Positions 1 through 6,024 of a DNA stretch of 11,414 nucleotides are shown here, piece by piece. The notes beneath the pieces are model-generated. The model was not told the origin of the DNA, searched no databases, and saw only the letters and a program-made list of their open reading frames with translations. Location of the stretch: assembly GCA_963755715.1 (NCBI GenBank), contig CAVWLW010000071.1:1-11414 (forward strand). The letters are read 5' to 3'. Position 1 is the stretch's first letter, and every line of letters starts with the position of its first letter. Source of the stretch: an uncultured delta proteobacterium (GTDB taxonomy: Bacteria > Desulfobacterota > Binatia > UBA9968). The translations under genes and the position numbers were made by a program.

Positions 1-308
1 CTGGTGCGCCGCTTCATGCGCGCCACGATCAAAGGGCAGCGCGTCTACCTGGCAAACCGCCAAGCAGGGATCGCGGCGATCATGGTGTTCACCCGTCAGA
101 ACGACCGCGACCTGACAGCGCGCGTTTACGACGATCATATCAAAACTATCGCGCGCGACGGCACGATCTCGAAAAGCTCCAGCGCATCGTCATCGAGCGC
201 AGCAAACGATTTACCGGCGTCAGCGCGACGTGCGTCCCGAGAAATCTTTGATTTTTCTTTCTCAATCGTGCCCAAGCCGAAGTAGCCCAAAGCGGCTGGA
301 CGCCGTAA
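1..308 (+). CDS. C-terminal part of an NMT1/SsuA-like ABC substrate-binding protein; 5'-truncated by the window edge, with four apparent frameshifts
   Basis: Frame 1 reads LVRRFMRATIKG..DGTIS. Single -1 shifts at about 170, 224, 241 and 260 give EKLQRIVIERSKRFTGVSRDVRPEEIFDFSFLNRAQAEVAQSGWTP with TAA at 306-308. This parallels the C-terminus of the 9068-10066 protein (LVRRMVKS...NPKEFVDVSFLEEL). Confidence 0.75.
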
Positions 309-404
309 TGGACGAGTCAGATTATTCTGTGGTCAATGGCGTCACCGGTGGCGGAGGCCGCCAAGCGGCGGCGGTGCAGCGCAAGGGTGTAATTCATCGC
401 GCGC

Positions 405-1305
405 CTACAATTTCAACCAGCCGGTTTCACGATAAGCTTTGATCGCTCCTGAATGCAACGCACGCCGCCGAACTCGAAGGCCGCAGCTCCCTTGGCGCGC
501 AGGGGTTCGAAAAGATTCTTCAATCCTTTAAATAGCGGATTCATCTGCGGCAACTTGTCGAGATTGTCGGCAATCGCTTTGGCCATGTCGTAAACGACGC
601 TTTCCGCCACTCGTTCGTGTGTGACGACGACATTGATCACGCCGATTTGCGTCACATCTTCAATCACTCCGCGAAAGGCGTTTTTTTCCACGACGACAGG
701 ACGATAAAACGGCACTTGTGCCAGCACCTTCTCCAGTTGATCTGGGCCGAAGGGAATCACCCGAATGTCAGCGCGCTGGCTGAGATCGGTCAATACCTTA
801 TTCGGAATCGGCGGATGGAATTGCACGTCGATGGCGCCACGACCAACGCGTCCGCGCCTTCAGCGAATCCCATGTGCACCGGCGTGAAGCTGTCGAACGA
901 AATTCCCAGGACGCCGAAGATCGTATGGATATGTTGCTCCATGCCGCTGCCCTTGGCGCCGATGGCGATACGTTTGCCTTTGAAGTCGGCGACGGATCGG
1001 ATCGGCGAATCCGCCATTTTGACAAAACACATCGGCCCGGCGTTGGCCGGCGCCACCATGCGCAGCGAGATTTGGTTTTTGAACGGCGCCGTCGCGTCCT
1101 TCGCGCGGCCGATCCAGTTTGACGCCATAAAGCCGAAGTCGAGCTCGTCACGATCGAGCTGCTCGGCGTTGTGAATGCTTGCGTCGGTGGTTTTGACGAC
1201 ACACTGATCGGCTTGTGCGCGTCCGCGGTTGAAAAGCTCGGCGAAGGCCAGAGCCTGGGTATAAAAAGTCCCACCCTGTTCCGATGTTCCGATTCTAAAT
1301 GGCAT
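405..1305 (-). CDS. TAXI-family TRAP transporter solute-binding subunit, about 300 aa after repairing two frameshifts
   Basis: ATG at 1305 with GGAGG at 1315-1319. TAXI-type motifs IGTSEQGGTFY, SVADFKGKRIAIGAKGSG and VYDMAKAI are present. Adding one base near 840 joins the 178-aa and 137-aa ORFs (ADALVxGAIDVQF). Adding one near 460 restores the typical tail GVPLHSGAIKAYRETGWLKL with TAG at 405-407. Confidence 0.88.
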
Positions 1306-1455
1306 AAGATCTTTCCTCCGGCGCAAAATTCTCGCTTGGTTCCCTTTACACTACCAAGCCGGAGCGCTGCAAATCCCTTACCTGCCAAAGTACGCCAAAG
1401 CCCTATAGAAACCTTTCGCTGCGCCAAAGACTTAGATCTCGGCAAGCAAGGATTC

Positions 1456-1500
1456 CTTGTTGACATGCCAAACGTTGTCGAAAACTTTCATGTCGACGAG
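1456..1500. promoter_or_regulatory. Three imperfect TGTCGACA boxes, a candidate GntR/FadR-type operator array in the divergent promoter region
   Basis: TGTTGACA at 1458-1465, TGTCGAAA at 1476-1483 and TGTCGACG at 1491-1498 each match the palindrome TGTCGACA at 7 of 8 positions. Confidence 0.45.
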
Positions 1501-1510
1501 CTGACTTGGC

Positions 1511-1540
1511 TTGACGCTCTGCCCTTCCCTGTACTACGTT
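1511..1540 (+). promoter_or_regulatory. Possible sigma70 promoter for the amidohydrolase operon
   Basis: TTGACG at 1511-1516, an 18-nt spacer, then TACGTT at 1535-1540, about 95 nt upstream of ATG 1635. Confidence 0.3.
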
Positions 1541-1634
1541 TTCCTTCGAATAACTGAACACGGATGAATCGAATCGCGTAACAGACACGGGCGGTCCTCC
1601 GGTTGAAATTTTCAACATCTAAAAAGGAGTGGTT

Positions 1635-2754
1635 ATGGCCATCATCGATTTGGATTCTCACTTGCGCGACGGTTGGTTGCTCGACGAGATCTATCGACTG
1701 CCCGAACCCTTCGCTAAATTTTCGCCGAGACGCATCGGCGACGGCAAATATTTCTACTCGAAGTTCGAGCACGATCTTTCGCCGATGGAAGATCCGGTGG
1801 CCAATGCGAACTTTAAAAAGCCGGTGACACACCAGGTTTTTTACAATCCGGAAGCGAATCAGCGCGGCAACGAAGTCATGCAATGGCAACAGGGCGGTTA
1901 CGACATGGAATACCGCATGAAGGATAACGCGCCGCGAAGGCATCGACTTTCAGCTAATCTTTCCGACTCAGATCGACCTACCATCGCAAAATCCCGGCGC
2001 ACTGGGAGCGGCGCTCGCGCGCGCTTATAACGACTGGGCGCATAAACTCGTCGCCGGTCATCGAGACCGGCTCTCGCCCGTAGCGATGATGCCCGCCGGC
2101 TGCCCCGAAGAAATACCTGCCGAGCTGCGACATTGCGTCAACGATCTGGGTTGCAAAGCCGCCCACTTGGTGAGCTATACCAAGGACAAGCAGATGGACG
2201 ATCCGGCTTTTTTCCCGCTTTACCAAGCCGCACAAGAGCTCGATGTCCCGCTCTTTTGCCATCCAAGCACGCTCGGCGACGTCGGCACGTTGATCAACCG
2301 CCAAACTCACTTTTTCCCGATGCATATCCTCGGCCGGCCGCTCAACTGCGTGGCGCCGTTGGTCGCATTGGTTCTCGGTGGGATTTTTGAAAAGTTTCCG
2401 CGCTTGAAAGTCGTCTTCTTCGAAGTCACGGCTGAGTTTTTGGTTTTCTGGATGCACCGCATGGACGACGACTACGAAGTGATCAAGGACGCCGGCATGT
2501 GCCCGCAGTTGAGCATGCTGCCGTCCGAATATGTGAAACGAAACTGCTACATCACCTGCGAGGCCGACGAAAAATGGCTGCCGCTGGCGCTGGCCGAGGT
2601 CGGCGAGACCCACGTTCTCATGGCGACGGACTACCCGCACTTCGATTCCACGTTTCCGAAAACAGTAAGCGGCATCCGCGAGCGGCCGGATATTTCGCCG
2701 AAACAGAAAAAACTGATCCTGGAAGACAATGCGTTGAATCTGATTCGCCTGTAA
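1635..2754 (+). CDS. Amidohydrolase family protein (Amidohydro_2, metal-dependent TIM barrel), about 372 aa after repairing one frameshift
   Basis: AAGGAG at 1624-1629 precedes ATG 1635. Motifs IIDLDSH, AYNDW, DPAFFPLYQAAQELDVPLFCHP, GGIFEKFPRLKVVFFE and ATDYPHFD are present. Removing one C at 1932 gives DNAREGIDFQLIFPT and fuses the 133-aa and 222-aa ORFs. Confidence 0.9.
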
Positions 2755-2767
2755 GCCGAGCGTTGAT

Positions 2768-2878
2768 TCACCACGAAGGACGGGAGCAACGCCAAGATCG
2801 AAATAACTCCCGAGACGCGGAGGGCACAGAGGCGGAGTTGTAAAAATAAACTCTGCGTACTTTGCGTCTCTGTGGTGA
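2768..2878. repeat. Intergenic imperfect palindromic REP-like element of the CACAGAGAC/CAGAG type
   Basis: Arm 2812-2831 (GAGACGCGGAGGGCACAGAG) matches the reverse complement of 2851-2870 at 15 of 20 positions, with three of the mismatches G-U compatible. Outer TCACCAC (2768-2774) pairs with GTGGTGA (2872-2878). Confidence 0.65.
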
Positions 2879-2904
2879 GATTTTCCATCCGAGGAGAACT
2901 ATCG

Positions 2905-3909
2905 ATGATTCGCCAAGTGACTATCGCGGTATTGCTTAGCTTGTTGCTCTCGTTCAGCGCGATCGCTCAAGACGCCAAACTCATCGAAGCAGCAAAGAAA
3001 GAACCCGGCCCGATCATCGCCTACGGCTCACTGGAGTCGAACACCGTGGAGCCGATCGTCGAAGCATTCAAGAAAAAAACTGGATTGACGGTAGAATACT
3101 GGCGCGCCTCGGCGACCAAAGTGATGGATCGCGCTTTAGCCGAACAACGCGCCGGCAAATCGGTCTTCGATGTCATGGTCAACAACAGCGGCGCTATCCA
3201 GGTCATGAAAAAGGAAGGGTTGTTCGCCAAATATATCTCGCCCGCAGCCAAAGCGTTTCCCAAAGAGGTGATCGATCCCGATCTCGGTCCGGTCTATCGC
3301 AACACTCCGATCGGTATCGTCTACAACAAAGGATCCATTAGCAGCGCCGAGACACCGCGCTCATTGGAAGATCTGCCGAATCCAAAATATCGCGGCAAGT
3401 TCGTCATGCCCGATCCGACCCAGCATACGACCACGCTCCAGTGGCTCGCGAGCTTGTATAAAATCATGGGCAAAGAAAAATCCGACAAGTACATTCGCGA
3501 CTTGGGCGCCGCCAAGCCGCTCCTGGTGGAATCCTTTGCCCCGTCCGCCGAGCGCGTGTCGACCGGCGAAACGCCGATCGCGATCAGCCTAATCCGCTAT
3601 ACAGTGACCTACAGCGAGAAAGGCGCGCCGGTGGATTATGTGCGGCTCGGCAAGATGTTGAGCACGGGCCAGTATCTAGCCCTCAGCAATAAGGCGACTC
3701 GACCGAACGGCGGCAAGGCCTTTATCGATTTTTTTCTCGGCGACGAGAGCATGAGGATCCTCGCCAAGATGGGCGAGTTCGTAAACCGCAAAGGGATTTA
3801 CCCGCCGCTCCCTGGCGCGGATAAAATTCAAGCGGTGGAAATGGACGATTTCGACGCCACCGAATTCAAGGAAAAGACTCAGGAGTTCCAAAAAATATTT
3901 TTGAAATAG
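2905..3909 (+). CDS. Extracellular solute-binding protein of an ABC transporter (AfuA/FbpA-like, SBP_bac_6 type), 334 aa
   Basis: GAGGAG at 2891-2896 supports ATG 2905 over GTG 2872. Sec signal peptide ends AIA|QD. Motifs include LIEAAKKE, EAFKKKTGLTVEY, GIVYN, PRSLEDLxNPKYRGK and KAFIDFFL. Confidence 0.9.
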   Translation: MIRQVTIAVLLSLLLSFSAIAQDAKLIEAAKKEPGPIIAYGSLESNTVEPIVEAFKKKTGLTVEYWRASATKVMDRALAEQRAGKSVFDVMVNNSGAIQVMKKEGLFAKYISPAAKAFPKEVIDPDLGPVYRNTPIGIVYNKGSISSAETPRSLEDLPNPKYRGKFVMPDPTQHTTTLQWLASLYKIMGKEKSDKYIRDLGAAKPLLVESFAPSAERVSTGETPIAISLIRYTVTYSEKGAPVDYVRLGKMLSTGQYLALSNKATRPNGGKAFIDFFLGDESMRILAKMGEFVNRKGIYPPLPGADKIQAVEMDDFDATEFKEKTQEFQKIFLK

Positions 3910-3919
3910 GAGGAGAGCT

Positions 3920-4315
3920 ATGGCGCGACGAGAATACTTGAAAGGCGACGCGCGTCAGCGGGAACGCGCTTACTCCCCCGCTGTCAAGATCAACGGCGGC
4001 ACGACGATCTACTTGGCCGGACAGACCGGCTACCAAGACGAACACGGCGAGACTTATCCGAATAACTTCGATGGCCAAGCGCGCGTGGCTTTCGAGCGCA
4101 TGCGCAAGACCCTCGAAACTGCCGGCGCCAAGCTTGATGACATCGTGACCATGACGGTCTTTATCACCGACATGGCCAACGGCACGCGCTTCACCCAACT
4201 CAGAAAGGAGTTTTTCAAAGAAGGGAGCTATCCAGCCAGCGCGCTCATCGGCATCAAAGAACTGGCCCGCCCGGAGATGATGATCGAGATACAAGCCATC
4301 GCCGTGGTGGATTGA
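3920..4315 (+). CDS. Rid (YjgF/YER057c/UK114) family protein lacking the catalytic Arg
   Basis: AGGAGGAG RBS; motifs YSPAV, IYLAGQ, LETAGAKLDDIV and MIEIQAIA. YPAS replaces the canonical PAR. Confidence 0.92.
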   Translation: MARREYLKGDARQRERAYSPAVKINGGTTIYLAGQTGYQDEHGETYPNNFDGQARVAFERMRKTLETAGAKLDDIVTMTVFITDMANGTRFTQLRKEFFKEGSYPASALIGIKELARPEMMIEIQAIAVVD

Positions 4316-4324
4316 GGAGAAAGA

Positions 4325-4462
4325 ATGAATATGAATCCGAAATTGGAAACAAACCCAAATGATCGAAAAGCAGAAAATTCAAAACCGCGCGATTCGGATT
4401 TGTCATTTCGACCAAAGGGAGAATTATCTTTCTTGGATTCGACGAATTTGGAGTTTAACTAA
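4325..4462 (+). other. Possible 45-aa small ORF made largely of degenerate repeat sequence
   Basis: GAGGAG at 4314-4319 precedes ATG 4325 and the frame is open to TAA 4460-4462 (MNMNPKLETNPNDRKAENSKPRDSDLSFRPKGELSFLDSTNLEFN). It contains the inverted pair AATCCGAA (4334-4341) / TTCGGATT (4393-4400) and TGTCATTTCGACCAAAGGGAGAAT (4401-4424). No recognisable domain. Confidence 0.25.
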
Positions 4463-4482
4463 CCGATTTCAGGAGATGAACT

Positions 4483-4851
4483 ATGCAAGCACCATTTAAA
4501 GTCACCGGCATTGACCACGTCGTCTTTCACGTCAAAGACCTGGTGGACGCGAAGAAGTTCTATATCGATTTCTTGGGCATGGAGATCGACCACGAAAGCT
4601 CGTGGCAATGTTTTCTCAAGTGCGGCAGCCAAGGCGTCGCCCTGTTCGAAGTCGAAGACAACGAAGACGTCCACGGCGGCAGTGAAGTCAATCACATGGC
4701 GCTACGCCTAGCGGCCGGAGACTATGAGCGCGTCAAAGCGACGCTCGAAAACGCCGGCATCAAAGTCCACGGCCGCAAAAATGATCCGCATTGCGTCTAT
4801 TTCAACGACCCCGACGGCCATCACTTACAACTTTTGATGCCGAATGAATGA
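4483..4851 (+). CDS. VOC (glyoxalase/bleomycin resistance/extradiol dioxygenase) family protein, 122 aa
   Basis: AGGAGA at 4471-4476; motifs IDHVVFHVKDL, KFYIDFLG, NHMALR and VYFNDPDGHHLQL. Confidence 0.92.
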   Translation: MQAPFKVTGIDHVVFHVKDLVDAKKFYIDFLGMEIDHESSWQCFLKCGSQGVALFEVEDNEDVHGGSEVNHMALRLAAGDYERVKATLENAGIKVHGRKNDPHCVYFNDPDGHHLQLLMPNE

Positions 4852-4953
4852 CAGGAACTCGTAGGTGAGAGTCTTTCGGCAGGAGTATTGGTAATTGCTG
4901 ACGAGTGTATTGTGATGTCATCTCCGAGTCGGCTTTAACAAGTCGTTGAATGA

Positions 4954-5142
4954 CCGAGCAAATTCCCGTTGTCGTGTCGTTTAATTATCCCACGGCTCTA
5001 TCGACTCATCCAGTGGAATCACAAGCATGATGTCGATAATTTGAAGCAGGCCATGGATTTTATTCGTGACTTCGAGCACAAGCTCGTCGCTTGTCGTTGC
5101 GCTAATGATCTTCTTACCCGTGTCACTGGGAGGATTACCTAA
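4954..5142 (+). pseudogene. Possible 3' remnant of an upstream cassette gene of unknown function
   Basis: 62 sense codons (..LIIPRLYRLIQWNHKHDVDNLKQAMDFIRDFEHKLVACRCANDLLTRVTGRIT) end at TAA 5140-5142, inside the ACCTAAC box. There is no convincing start codon or RBS. Confidence 0.3.
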
Positions 5143-5167
5143 CAATGCTCAGCCTAAATGGTTAGAG
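5137..5167 (+). mobile_element. Internally deleted attC-like site
   Basis: ACCTAAC at 5137-5143 is a perfect RYYYAAC box. It is followed by L'-like GCTCAGC at 5147-5153 and GTTAGAG at 5161-5167. At 31 bp it is too short to be intact, lacking L'' and the central stem. Confidence 0.5.
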
Positions 5168-5703
5168 CGCATGGGAGCACAGATGTCGAAGATCAGCGAT
5201 TTACACGATGCGGTAAAGCGAGGGGATCTCGCTGAGATGAAAGCGCTGCTTGAAGCAGGCCACTCATTAGCGAATGCACGTAGCGAGACGGATATAAGAG
5301 GCACATATCCGCTGCACGTTGCGGCAGAGTTTGGTCAGGCTCACGCTGCCCGGTTGCTACTCGATTACGGCGCAGACGTTACGCTCTTGGATTCAGAAAA
5401 TGACGCAATTGCCCTCGGATGGGCGGCCTTCTTCGGTCGTCCCGAAGTGGTAGCGGTCCTACTGGCCGCTGGCTCAGACCCAAGTCAACGTAACAAGCAC
5501 GGTCTTACGCCACTGGCGTGTGCAGTAGGTGGAACGCAGGGCCAATGGAAACAATTTTCCAACGCTTCCTTGGAAGACTGGCAAAAATCCGTAGAAGTCA
5601 TTCGTTCACATGGAGGCGTAGAGTGAGTGTACTTGATACTGCACTCTAATTGCCGGCTGTAAAAGACGACGCGATTCAAGCGGCGCGTCCTGAACCGGAA
5701 CGG
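5162..5703 (+). mobile_element. Putative integron gene cassette (542 bp) carrying the ankyrin gene
   Basis: Bounded by G|TTAGAG (5161) and G|TTAACC (5703). It holds one ORF with no room for a promoter, starting 21 nt from the left boundary and ending 17 nt before the R'' box. Codon usage is visibly more A/T-ending than in flanking genes. Confidence 0.6.
5183..5626 (+). CDS. Ankyrin repeat protein (3-4 repeats), 147 aa
   Basis: Repeats LHDAVKRGDLAEMKALLEAG, YPLHVAAEFGQAHAARLLLDYGADV, ALGWAAFFGRPEVVAVLLAAGSDP and GLTPLACA. GGGAG at 5173-5177 favours ATG 5183; ATG 5171 is an alternative. Confidence 0.9.
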   Translation: MSKISDLHDAVKRGDLAEMKALLEAGHSLANARSETDIRGTYPLHVAAEFGQAHAARLLLDYGADVTLLDSENDAIALGWAAFFGRPEVVAVLLAAGSDPSQRNKHGLTPLACAVGGTQGQWKQFSNASLEDWQKSVEVIRSHGGVE

Positions 5704-5709
5704 TTAACC
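5644..5709 (+). mobile_element. Degenerate attC-like recombination site (66 bp)
   Basis: R''-like CTCTAAT (5644-5650), CCGG/L''-like GCTGTA (5653-5661), central stem GACGCG (5668-5673) / CGCGTC (5684-5689), L'-like TGAACCGG (5691-5698) and R'-like GTTAACC (5703-5709). Confidence 0.6.
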
Positions 5710-5855
5710 TACCGTCAATCGATTGATGCCGGCGGAATTCCCAATGCCCAATCTTCGACGCCGACAAAATCAAGTCGTGATTACCTCAGCATAATTTTGC
5801 GTGACAGCCTTCCTAAAATTTCTCCCCCGGGAATGATTAGTGGAGGCCGATGCGC

Positions 5856-5889
5856 CTGGATTCCCACTAAAGGCATGCGGGAATGACGG
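5856..5889 (-). repeat. CGTC-type REP palindrome
   Basis: Reverse complement is CCGTCATTCCCGCATGCCTTTAGTGGGAATCCAG: a CGTC tag plus an ATTCCC..GGGAAT stem. Confidence 0.7.
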
Positions 5890-6024
5890 ATTTCGAGACG
5901 AGTCGCTATTGTGCGATCATCTCCATGAAATTATCAGAAAGAGAAAAACTCGTATGATTAAACGATGACAAGCTAGCCACTCAGCCTTGATTTTCTTTCC
6001 ACAAAGCCGGAACCTAGCGCGAAT

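Noticed and set aside
317-397. 26-codon minus-strand ORF (MNYTLALHRRRLAASATGDAIDHRII) after the TAXI stop
   Set aside because: Very short, no clear RBS, no recognisable motif, and in the error-prone part of the window.
160-1940. Programmed ribosomal frameshifting as the cause of the split genes
   Set aside because: There are seven shifts in three unrelated genes, with no consistent slippery heptamer, and their density follows position in the window.
617-2640. Long antisense or alternate-frame ORFs (617-1174, 798-1466, 1171-1557, 1488-1943, 1978-2640), and similar ones at 3866-4294, 8318-8815 and 10623-11117
   Set aside because: These are shadow ORFs of well-supported genes in GC-rich DNA and have no family motifs.
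2872-2904. GTG 2872 as start of the AfuA-like SBP
   Set aside because: It lies within the palindromic repeat. The RBS and signal peptide support ATG 2905.
5066-5182. 39-aa N-terminal extension of the ankyrin ORF resembling a signal peptide
   Set aside because: It has no RBS and reads through the attC-like boundary at 5137-5167. GGGAG supports ATG 5183. Not fully excluded.
5650-5886. 78-aa ORF downstream of the ankyrin gene
   Set aside because: The TTG start is inside the attC-like site, the end is inside a REP, and there is no RBS or domain signal.
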